From NCBI GenBank assembly GCA_030834965.1, contig JAUQWW010000062.1, positions 30,115-54,114 on the forward strand: a stretch of 24,000 bases of DNA, given 5' to 3'. Source of the DNA: Gallionellaceae bacterium. Lineage in GTDB: Bacteria > Pseudomonadota > Gammaproteobacteria > Burkholderiales > Gallionellaceae. A model generated the notes under the pieces. That model was not told the DNA's origin. It did no database searches and saw only the letters and a list, made by a program, of their open reading frames with translations. The translations under genes and the position numbers were made by a program. Of this stretch, positions 17,697 through 24,000 are shown piece by piece; the first letter of the stretch is position 1; each line of letters begins with the position of its first letter.

Positions 17697-17724
17697 TCGT
17701 TAGACGCTAGACGTTAGTCGTTAG
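17697..17724 (+). repeat. 4 x 7-bp tandem repeat (TCGTTAG ACGCTAG ACGTTAG TCGTTAG) immediately after the glyA stop
   Basis: Read directly from the sequence. Each unit contains TAG. Confidence 0.8.
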
Positions 17725-17733
17725 TTGGGTTTG

Positions 17734-17756
17734 TCGCCGTTATACGGCGATTTCTG
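17734..17756 (+). terminator. Candidate rho-independent terminator of glyA
   Basis: Stem TCGCCG (17734-17739) / CGGCGA (17745-17750), loop TTATA, then TTTCT. The stem is short and the U-tract is interrupted. Confidence 0.45.
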
Positions 17757-17795
17757 ACTAGCGACCAGGCGCGCTACGACTGATGACTGACACTT

Positions 17796-18275
17796 ATGAA
17801 ATGTCCATTCTGTAAGAACCCCGACACCCAGGTGGTGGACACGCGCGAAAGCGAGGAGGGCGACAGCATTCGCCGCCGCCGCCGCTGTCTGGCCTGCGAC
17901 AAGCGTTTCACTACCTACGAGACGGTGGAACTGCGCATGCCGCAGGTGGTGAAGCAAAATGGGATGCGTACCGAGTTCGACGAAGACAAGCTGCGTACCA
18001 GTTTCAATCGCGCATTGCACAAGCGTCCCGTCTCGACAGAGCTGGTGGACGCCGCCATCGACAACGTGACGCAGAAAGTGTTTGCGCTCGGTGAGCGTGA
18101 GATCGGCTCGCGCCAGATCGGCGAAATGGTGATGAAGGAATTGTTCAAGCTGGACAAGGTGGCCTATATCCGCTTCGCTTCGGTATACAAGAGTTTTCAG
18201 GACGTGGGCGATTTTACCGAAGCGATTGAGGCGGTGCGCAAATCTCCGGCACGCCGCAAGCCGCAAAAGAAATAG
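17796..18275 (+). CDS. nrdR: Transcriptional repressor NrdR (zinc ribbon + ATP-cone)
   Basis: [19 protein letters not shown]...[17 protein letters not shown] zinc ribbon followed by an ATP-cone. Confidence 0.96.
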   Translation: MKCPFCKNPDTQVVDTRESEEGDSIRRRRRCLACDKRFTTYETVELRMPQVVKQNGMRTEFDEDKLRTSFNRALHKRPVSTELVDAAIDNVTQKVFALGEREIGSRQIGEMVMKELFKLDKVAYIRFASVYKSFQDVGDFTEAIEAVRKSPARRKPQKK

Positions 18276-18277
18276 TC

Positions 18278-19390
18278 ATGTTGACGGTGCAGGACAGCGT
18301 ATGGATGGCCCAGGCGCTGCGCCTTGCAGAACGCGGGCTGTATGGCACCAGCCCGAATCCGCGCGTCGGCTGCGTGCTGGTGCGCGATGGCAAGATAGTC
18401 GGCGAAGGCTGGCATGAACGTGCCGGCGAGCCGCATGCGGAAGTGCATGCCTTGCATGCGGCAAGAGAAATGGCGCGAGGCGCAACCGCCTACGTTACGC
18501 TGGAGCCCTGCAGCCATCACGGTCGCACACCGCCCTGTGCGGATGCATTGATCGAAGCCGGGGTGGCGCGCGTGGTGGTGGCGGTGCAAGACCCCAATCC
18601 GCAGGTGGCGGGGCAAGGCATTGCAAAGTTGCGTGCAGCGGGAATCGCGGTGGAGTCCGGCCTGATGGAATCCGCAGCGCGCGACCTGAACATCGGTTTC
18701 TTTGCGCGCATGACGCGCGGCATGCCGTGGGTGCGCAGCAAGATTGCGGCCAGCCTGGACGGGCGCACCGCGCTGACGAATGGCGAGAGCCAATGGATCA
18801 CCTGCGCTGCGGCGCGGCAGGATGTGCAGCATTGGCGCGCGCGTTCGTGCGTTGTGCTGACCGGCATCGGCACCGTGGTGGCGGATGATCCGCAGCTCAA
18901 TGTGCGCAATATTGAGACGGTGCGGCAACCGTTGCGCGTGGTTGTCGACAGCTACCTGCGCATGCCGCTCAATGCACGCATCCTGCACTCACTCCCGTCT
19001 CACGCCGGAGGAGGCGGAGAACTGCTGATTTACACCGCCACTCCCGATATAGCAAAAATTGCTGAACTGGAAAAACTGGGCGCGCGCGTTGCCATCATGC
19101 CGAACGCAAATGGGCGCGTGGATTTGATTGCGGCATTGCGCGATCTCGCTGCAAGCGGCTGCAATGAAGTGCTGGTGGAAGCAGGCAGTGCCTTGAACGG
19201 AGCGCTGCTGCAAGCAGGGCTGGTGGACGAACTGGTGCTGTATCTGGCGCCGCAATTGCTGGGCGATATGGCGCGCGGCATGGCGCAACTGGGCGAGATG
19301 ACCAGCCTGCAACAGCGCATCAATCTTAAATGGCAGGACGTGCGTCAGGTGGGGAATGACTTGCGCATTACGGCAAGGGTGAAGAAATAA
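18278..19390 (+). CDS. ribD: Bifunctional diaminohydroxyphosphoribosylaminopyrimidine deaminase / 5-amino-6-(5-phosphoribosylamino)uracil reductase
   Basis: Deaminase motifs (HAEVHAL, PCSHHGRTPPC) and a C-terminal RibD reductase domain. It starts 2 nt after the nrdR stop. Confidence 0.95.
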   Translation: MLTVQDSVWMAQALRLAERGLYGTSPNPRVGCVLVRDGKIVGEGWHERAGEPHAEVHALHAAREMARGATAYVTLEPCSHHGRTPPCADALIEAGVARVVVAVQDPNPQVAGQGIAKLRAAGIAVESGLMESAARDLNIGFFARMTRGMPWVRSKIAASLDGRTALTNGESQWITCAAARQDVQHWRARSCVVLTGIGTVVADDPQLNVRNIETVRQPLRVVVDSYLRMPLNARILHSLPSHAGGGGELLIYTATPDIAKIAELEKLGARVAIMPNANGRVDLIAALRDLAASGCNEVLVEAGSALNGALLQAGLVDELVLYLAPQLLGDMARGMAQLGEMTSLQQRINLKWQDVRQVGNDLRITARVKK

Positions 19391-19397
19391 CCACCAC

Positions 19398-19428
19398 CAT
19401 CCCTTGCCCCTGAAAATGGGAAGGGATG
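19398..19428 (+). other. Stem-loop in the ribD-ribE intergenic spacer
   Basis: CATCCCTT (19398-19405) pairs perfectly with AAGGGATG (19421-19428). An inner CCC/GGG extension is also possible. No U-tract follows (TTGCAATGG). Confidence 0.55.
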
Positions 19429-19460
19429 TTGCAATGGTCTTGCAGGTTTCAGGAGAAAAA

Positions 19461-20054
19461 ATGTTCAGCGGCATAATTGCAGATATCGGCACCATCATCC
19501 GCGCGGAAGATCGCAGCGGCGGCCTGCGCCTTTCGGTTGCCACCCATGCGCTCGACATGGGTGACGTGCAACTGGGCGACAGCATTGCGGTGAATGGCGT
19601 ATGCCTGACCGTGGTGGAAAAAAATGGCAATGCATTTACCGTGGACGTGTCGCGCGAGACGCTGAATTGCACCGTCGGGCTGGAGCAGCAAGGCGCACGC
19701 GTCAATCTGGAAAAAGCGCTGCGCCTGGCTGACCGCCTTGGCGGGCACCTGGTCAGTGGGCATGTGGATGGCGTAGGCGAAGTGGTTGCATTCACCAACC
19801 TCGGCGAAAGCTGGAAACTCAGCGTGCGTGCACCGCAGGCATTGGCGAAATACATTGCGGTGAAGGGCTCCATCACCATCAACGGCGTCAGCCTTACCGT
19901 GAACGAAGTGGATGGCGCAGTGTTCAGCGTGAACCTGATCCCGCACACGCTGGACGTGACCACGCTCAATGAGCTGCATGCAGGCGTGAAGGTAAATCTG
20001 GAAATTGACTTGATCGCGCGCTACGTGGAACGCATGCTGGTTTGTGGCGCGTGA
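19461..20054 (+). CDS. ribE: Riboflavin synthase (alpha chain)
   Basis: Start at ATG 19461 (AGGAG SD at 19451-19455) gives MFSGIIADIGTI, the canonical MFTGII-type N-terminus. The internal lumazine-binding repeat is present (GDSIAVNGVCLTV / GSITINGVSLTV). The track's 19 extra N-terminal codons were dropped. Confidence 0.93.
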   Translation: MFSGIIADIGTIIRAEDRSGGLRLSVATHALDMGDVQLGDSIAVNGVCLTVVEKNGNAFTVDVSRETLNCTVGLEQQGARVNLEKALRLADRLGGHLVSGHVDGVGEVVAFTNLGESWKLSVRAPQALAKYIAVKGSITINGVSLTVNEVDGAVFSVNLIPHTLDVTTLNELHAGVKVNLEIDLIARYVERMLVCGA

Positions 20055-20098
20055 TTTTGTTTTCGACAAAACGCTACTAATTCCAAATCCAGCGGTTT

Positions 20099-20148
20099 GA
20101 CGCCTATTATTATTTCGCCGTTCGGCGTAGTAGGTAATGTTAGGCGTC
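20099..20148 (+). other. Long imperfect hairpin just downstream of ribE
   Basis: The outer 8-bp stem is perfect: GACGCCTA (20099-20106) / TAGGCGTC (20141-20148). The apical stem is CGCC / GGCG (20116-20119 / 20124-20127) with a GTTC loop. The middle is A/T-rich and partly paired. Confidence 0.55.
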
Positions 20149-20464
20149 GCCCCTTAAGTGTTGCGATGCCAGGACCGGGACTTGTCCCTTGGGGTGTGCC
20201 CCTCATGACACTGCCGCACTTATCTTGTCAGAAAACTTTACTGTCAGAACCGGCTCCGAAGGATTCATTCAAGGGTTGCGCAGGAATGGCTTGTAATAAC
20301 AAGTGGTTATTTTCTATTTCGTTTTGTGGTCCAGATCTTGCATGAGTATGGTTAAGAGCGAGGTTATGGACTGGTCGCTTGCTAGGCAGGCTTTCCAATT
20401 ATTCGAACCCGTCGTTATTTGCTCTAGTCCATGCCAGGTAATCTTGTTTATTGAGGGTAATGCT

Positions 20465-21643
20465 ATGAAAATCCGATATTTTATGGTTGCGCTGCTTGCG
20501 GCTTCCTCTTTTGCAGGCTCGGGAGCGGCGGGAGCCGCGCCAGCGTCTTTCTCGCTACTGCCAACGCCGGCGAATAACCCCTACGCCAGCTACGGCACCT
20601 TCACGGATGCGCTTGGCACCACGCGGGACGCTATTATGATGAACAACATCCCGGTCGCGCTGAGGTATGACAATTACTGGTCCTACTCTGCGCATGTGCT
20701 CGATGCCATGCAGTCAGACACGGTTCCGACCAATTTCCTCCCGGTAGCCACCTACGGCACCTACAATTTCTCGGTCGGGACGGGGAACATCGCAGTTAAT
20801 CTCACTTCTAACGCGGGTGGCGCGACTAACGTGAACCCGAACGGCAGCGGAGTGACTTTGCAGGACCCGGTCGATCTGGCCAGCAATGACACCGTCTTGG
20901 GTTGGACTGGAGTGTGGGGCGGAAACAACCAGATATATACCGACAATCCCCTCACTGCGAAATCATATAACGATCCCGCGAGCGCACAGGGTGGAACCTC
21001 TACAGTCGGCGAAATGCTGGCCTACCTGCATACCCTCAATCCTCTGGCGAGCATCCCGGTTCTCTATGCTGACTATAGTCAGTCAGGCAACTTTAATTCA
21101 CTCTGGGCTAGCTTAATGGTGCAGATTTGGGATCCCACACAGACGACCATGAAGGCGCAGTGGAATCTGGACCGCATCGACGGCAATGGGTTAAATATAA
21201 ATGCCCCCACCTTCAACTTCGGAGAAGTGAACTTCTTTGGCACTGACGCAGCCTGTACTGCCGCTGGCGCATTCGATCCAATAACCAATCCGGATGGTTG
21301 TGCCGGAGTCACTGCCAATGGGGATGCATACACGAACCTTCAGCACAACAAGGGATCTGGTAAACCGGACTTTCTAGCCTATTCGCCGGACATGGATTTG
21401 AACAAGTTCAACTCGACGGACCTGTTTGTCTTCACGGTTAATCTCGGCTGCGTTCCAAACGGTCCGGGCCCCTTGGATTCGGGCCCCAAAGCATCGCTCG
21501 GCTGTAACACCGGCGGCGGTGAAGAATTCGGGATTGTCGGTGCAGTCGCGCGTGTTCCCGAGCCAAGTGTATTGGCGCTGCTAGGCCTGGGGTTGATGGG
21601 GATGGGTTTCATGCGCCGGTTTCATGCGTCATCGGAAGGCTAA
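20465..21643 (+). CDS. PEP-CTERM sorting-domain protein (putative exosortase substrate); mature domain of unknown function
   Basis: Start chosen at ATG 20465: MKIRYFMVALLAASSFAGSGAAGA is a signal peptide and GAGGG lies upstream. The C-terminus VPEPSVLALLGLGLMGMGFMRRF is the PEP motif + TM + basic cluster. The body is rich in Asn/Gly/Thr/Ala. Confidence 0.85.
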   Translation: MKIRYFMVALLAASSFAGSGAAGAAPASFSLLPTPANNPYASYGTFTDALGTTRDAIMMNNIPVALRYDNYWSYSAHVLDAMQSDTVPTNFLPVATYGTYNFSVGTGNIAVNLTSNAGGATNVNPNGSGVTLQDPVDLASNDTVLGWTGVWGGNNQIYTDNPLTAKSYNDPASAQGGTSTVGEMLAYLHTLNPLASIPVLYADYSQSGNFNSLWASLMVQIWDPTQTTMKAQWNLDRIDGNGLNINAPTFNFGEVNFFGTDAACTAAGAFDPITNPDGCAGVTANGDAYTNLQHNKGSGKPDFLAYSPDMDLNKFNSTDLFVFTVNLGCVPNGPGPLDSGPKASLGCNTGGGEEFGIVGAVARVPEPSVLALLGLGLMGMGFMRRFHASSEG

Positions 21644-21684
21644 GAGTCTGTCCAACTTGATCTGAAGTTAAGGCGTTACGAGCG

Positions 21685-21710
21685 GAAGGCCCCGAAAGGG
21701 GCCTTCTTTC
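21685..21710 (+). terminator. Rho-independent terminator of the PEP-CTERM gene
   Basis: 9-bp GC-rich stem GAAGGCCCC / GGGGCCTTC with a GAAA tetraloop, followed by TTTC. It lies 42 nt after the stop. On the minus strand no U-tract follows. Confidence 0.65.
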
Positions 21711-21913
21711 ATGTAGCACAGCAAGTTTTTCAGTATAACCGTGCGTCTGAGATGTGAGGCCGTCTTCCTTTAGTCGCTTTCGCTGATGCATAGTGTCGCC
21801 TACCTATCAGGCTTGGATGTAGAGCCGTGCCAGGTGGCAAACGTAATGTCATACCTGCTGAAACGATTTCGTTTCAATACCTCTGGCTTCGGCATTCTTG
21901 GCCATTCTTTGGC

Positions 21914-22855
21914 TTACTCATCATGTCCGAATTTCCGATGTTTGCCCTTTCTTCTTCCGATGCGAATATCGTTTTTGACAACGACCCAATACACCATGCC
22001 CAAGGCCAGCAATGCGCCGCCGTAACTGAGCAGCTCGAACGTCTTGTCATTTGAAAGAGAGGTGATCAGAATCTTGCGTATCATCGCCGCGATGGCCAAA
22101 CCGAGAAAGGCGGCAATGGCAAAACCTTCACCCCGCAAATGCCGTACTTCTTCTTCCATCAGTTCGCTTGCCGCCCAGAGAATCAGCAGGCTGCCCAGCA
22201 CCTTCAGGATGCCCTCTTCCATGCTCACCTTGCTGGCCACCAGCAGGTAAATGTCATATACAAAAAGACCGACCACCATGGGTACCACCAGCATCAGTGC
22301 CATCACCAGAATCAGATCGGTCAAATCTGAAACTTTTTTGGTCACACCAATCAGGCTGAGTTTGAATTTTGAAACGGTGGAGTAGGCAATCAGCTCCTCT
22401 TCGAGGTAGGCGCTGGTAAATACATCAAGGTTCATGTCCAGAATTTTTTCGCAGGAACCGATCAGCAAAAACAGATCATTGCGACCCTTGAAATGCACCT
22501 CAATCCGGTTGCTGATATAGCGGCGAACAAAGCCTATTGTAGAGTTCACATAGTGAGTGGGCAGGCCGATTTTGACATGGGTTTCGCCAACTCGAACCAG
22601 ATTGGCGAAATAGGCCGCCTCGTAACCGCCAGAAAAAAGGCGAACGTACCATGCGTTGAGATGCCGTTTGTGCCGCGCAACAACTTCCTGATCCAGCAAA
22701 AACATTCTGGTTTCGGAGATTGGGAGTAGATGGTTGTAGAGTGCTTCGACAAAATCGGCGGCTTCTTCAATGAGCCTTGAGCCCACCTCCAAAACACGGT
22801 CCTCATCATCCTGAGTAAAGTCGTAGTGAAGCCTGAGTTTCTTCGCTTCAATCAT
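21914..22855 (-). CDS. Globin-coupled-sensor-type (protoglobin-like) heme domain fused to a PsiE-like ~4-TM membrane domain
   Basis: 313-aa ORF with a strong SD (GGGAGG 6 nt upstream of the ATG). The N-terminal half matches the sensor-globin pattern of HemAT: FVEALYNHLL vs IVDAFYKNL (distal Tyr), and HKRHLNAWYVRLFSGGY...VRVGETHVKIGLPTHYV vs LKRHIQEMFAGVI...RIASIHLRIGLLPKWYM (proximal His). The C-terminal ~130 aa form about four hydrophobic helices. GLAIAAMIRKILI there resembles E. coli PsiE GITAIVRLIIV. The gene is A/T-richer than the flanks. Confidence 0.8.
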   Translation of the reverse strand: MIEAKKLRLHYDFTQDDEDRVLEVGSRLIEEAADFVEALYNHLLPISETRMFLLDQEVVARHKRHLNAWYVRLFSGGYEAAYFANLVRVGETHVKIGLPTHYVNSTIGFVRRYISNRIEVHFKGRNDLFLLIGSCEKILDMNLDVFTSAYLEEELIAYSTVSKFKLSLIGVTKKVSDLTDLILVMALMLVVPMVVGLFVYDIYLLVASKVSMEEGILKVLGSLLILWAASELMEEEVRHLRGEGFAIAAFLGLAIAAMIRKILITSLSNDKTFELLSYGGALLALGMVYWVVVKNDIRIGRRKGKHRKFGHDE

Positions 22856-23003
22856 GTGACACCTCCCTTATCCCCGGCGGAGACGGTGAATCGTGCAAAG
22901 CAACAACCTGCATCAGGCGCAAGGGCGAATCAGTGGCGAAACAGCCAAGAGCAGACCACGGTTTAATGGTCTTTCTGGTCAGAAATCTGTGGACTGTTTT
23001 TAT

Positions 23004-23032
23004 CTTTTAATCCAAAAAACATTTGCATGCAA
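23004..23032 (-). promoter_or_regulatory. Candidate sigma70 promoter for the globin-TM gene
   Basis: Minus strand: TTGCAT (23032-23027), 17-nt spacer, TAAAAG (23009-23004). It lies ~150 nt upstream of the ATG at 22855. Confidence 0.3.
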
Positions 23033-23084
23033 CTCCGCGTGGGATGGCGCAGGTCTCGTCAAGCTCAGTGAAGGCCAGCACCGC

Positions 23085-23381
23085 TCAGCCCTTGCCGTAG
23101 AGTATGCGCAGCTCCTCCTTGGCCTGCTCCAGAATGCGCTTCTGCTCCTCATCCAGATTGCTGCCCGCGCGATTGATGTAGAACACCAGCATGGACATCG
23201 CTGAACGTAACGGAGGCGACTTGCGGTGTGTGCTGGCATCCGCCGATTGCTTGAGCGACTGCGCAATCCGCTTCGGGTCATCCCACGTGAAGACGCCTTC
23301 TTCCAGATCGAGCGCAAGGCTGCAATGCGTTACCTTGGTTGATCAGTTGGCGGATGAAGGTGCTCGTGATTGTCGTGCCAT
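23085..23381 (-). pseudogene. DUF3175-like gene interrupted by an in-frame TGA at codon 13 (absent from the ORF track)
   Basis: My translation gives MARQSRAPSSAN*STKVTHCSLALDLEEGVFTWDDPKRIAQSLKQSADASTHRKSPPLRSAMSMLVFYINRAGSNLDEEQKRILEQAKEELRILYGKG*. The stretches ALDLEEGVF and RSAMSMLxFYINRAG match my recollection of DUF3175 proteins (~100 aa). The TGA (23345-23343) sits where I recall a conserved Trp (KWS..VT). Confidence 0.6.
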
Positions 23382-23510
23382 TTTCAAAAATCCGCGATGA
23401 GTGAATTTAGAAACTGTTCGATTAAATGATCAGGGTTCGGTTTTCAATTCTATGCTCACACTCATCAGTGCACCCTACGCCATCTTTCCGCCGGAATCAA
23501 CATGCTGAAA

Positions 23511-23519
23511 TGGTAGAAT
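23511..23519 (+). promoter_or_regulatory. Candidate extended -10 promoter (TGGTAGAAT) for ribB/ribBA
   Basis: TGnTAGAAT lies 31 nt upstream of the ATG at 23550 and is followed by CGCGCC. There is no clear -35. Confidence 0.35.
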
Positions 23520-23549
23520 CGCGCCTACAGCTTTTTAGGAAATTTGAGA

Positions 23550-24000
23550 ATGACAGACATTGCACCGATACAGGACATCATTGCCGAAATCCGCGCCGGG
23601 CGGATGGTGGTGCTGGTGGACGAGGAAGACCGTGAGAACGAGGGTGATCTGCTCTTCGCGGCGGAATTCGTTACGCCGGAGAAGATCAATTTCATGGCCA
23701 AGCATGGGCGCGGGCTGATCTGCCTGACGCTGAACGAGGAGCATTGCAAGCAGCTCAATCTGCCACTGATGGTGCGTGACAACGGTTCGCCGCTGGGCAC
23801 CAACTTCACGCTTTCCATCGAGGCGGCAACGGGCGTGACTACCGGCATCTCGGCGGCTGACCGGGCGCGTACCGTGCAAGTCGCCGCCGACAGAAATGCC
23901 AAGCCAAGCGACATTGTGCACCCAGGCCATATTTTCCCGCTGATGGCGAAGAATGGCGGGGTGCTGGTGCGCGCCGGACATACCGAGGCGGGCTGCGATC
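23550..24000 (+). CDS. ribB: 3,4-dihydroxy-2-butanone-4-phosphate synthase domain (probably bifunctional RibBA), 3' end beyond the window
   Basis: My translation gives [59 protein letters not shown]...[12 protein letters not shown]...[14 protein letters not shown]...[15 protein letters not shown], which is collinear with E. coli RibB. The frame is open to the window end, which is why it is missing from the ORF track. Confidence 0.92.
   Translation, partial: MTDIAPIQDIIAEIRAGRMVVLVDEEDRENEGDLLFAAEFVTPEKINFMAKHGRGLICLTLNEEHCKQLNLPLMVRDNGSPLGTNFTLSIEAATGVTTGISAADRARTVQVAADRNAKPSDIVHPGHIFPLMAKNGGVLVRAGHTEAGCD

Noticed and set aside
20055-20071. A/T-only hairpin TTTTGT-TTTCG-ACAAAA right after the ribE stop, considered as a terminator.
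   Set aside because: The 6-bp stem is almost all A-T, so it would be very weak. The larger hairpin at 20099-20148 is a better candidate.
20303-20464. Upstream start (446-aa version) of the PEP-CTERM protein, and the 82-aa ORF at 20097-20345.
   Set aside because: The 54 extra residues would bury the obvious signal peptide, and the ATG at 20465 has an SD. The 82-aa ORF has no SD or coding character.
23000-23317. Track ORFs 23000-23317(-) (105 aa, Arg-rich) and 22893-23204(+) (103 aa).
   Set aside because: They are out of frame with, or antisense to, the DUF3175-like reading frame, which carries clear family-like motifs. Their sequences have no coding character.
23343-23345. Selenocysteine recoding of the in-frame TGA in the DUF3175-like gene.
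   Set aside because: Only a weak 5-bp CAAGG/CCTTG pairing follows the TGA, and there is no convincing SECIS-like stem-loop. The position corresponds to Trp in my recollection of the family. A TGG>TGA change is the simpler explanation.
23382-23549. FMN (RFN) riboswitch upstream of ribB(A), and likewise upstream of ribD and ribE.
   Set aside because: The 168-nt leader lacks the conserved RFN core segments as I remember them (GGGCGGGGTGAAATTCCC...CCGACGGT...AGTCCGGATG type). ribD starts 2 nt after nrdR. A covariance-model scan would be decisive.
1-24000. CRISPR arrays, rRNA genes, and prophage or defence-island signatures.
   Set aside because: There are no regularly spaced direct repeats and no rRNA-like sequence. 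I recognised no nuclease, ATPase or methyltransferase genes typical of defence systems. The patatin gene is in a native-composition housekeeping operon.

Overview
GC-rich chromosomal core segment of a proteobacterium. The gene order glyA-nrdR-ribD-ribE and miaB-ybeZ-ybeY-corC, plus a PEP-CTERM protein, suggest a betaproteobacterium, but this is inference only. The minus strand at 1-4849 carries a complete Rnf/Rsx operon (rnfA-B-C-D-G, with the first 26 codons of rnfE). Most junctions are ATGA overlaps, but an unusual 217-nt structured spacer lies between rnfA and rnfB. Upstream on the same strand is a small, A/T-richer PSCyt1-like monoheme cytochrome c. The plus strand then carries maeB, a small acidic ORF, a patatin-like lipase, birA, coaX and a SPOR protein, linked by start/stop overlaps. 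These are followed by a tRNA(CAU) and a bidirectional terminator. Next come miaB-ybeZ-ybeY-corC, glyA, and nrdR-ribD-ribE. Between ribE (end 20054) and ribB/ribBA (start 23550, cut by the window end) lies a visibly A/T-richer ~3.5 kb segment. It holds an orphan PEP-CTERM protein, a sensor globin fused to a PsiE-like ~4-TM domain, and a DUF3175-like gene interrupted by an in-frame TGA. The ORF track misses three things: that DUF3175-like gene, a 31-codon hydrophobic ORF with its own SD and terminator next to the tRNA, and the ribB 5' end. I saw no rRNA, CRISPR array, transposase or integrase. Many long ORFs in the track are antisense shadow ORFs typical of GC-rich DNA.
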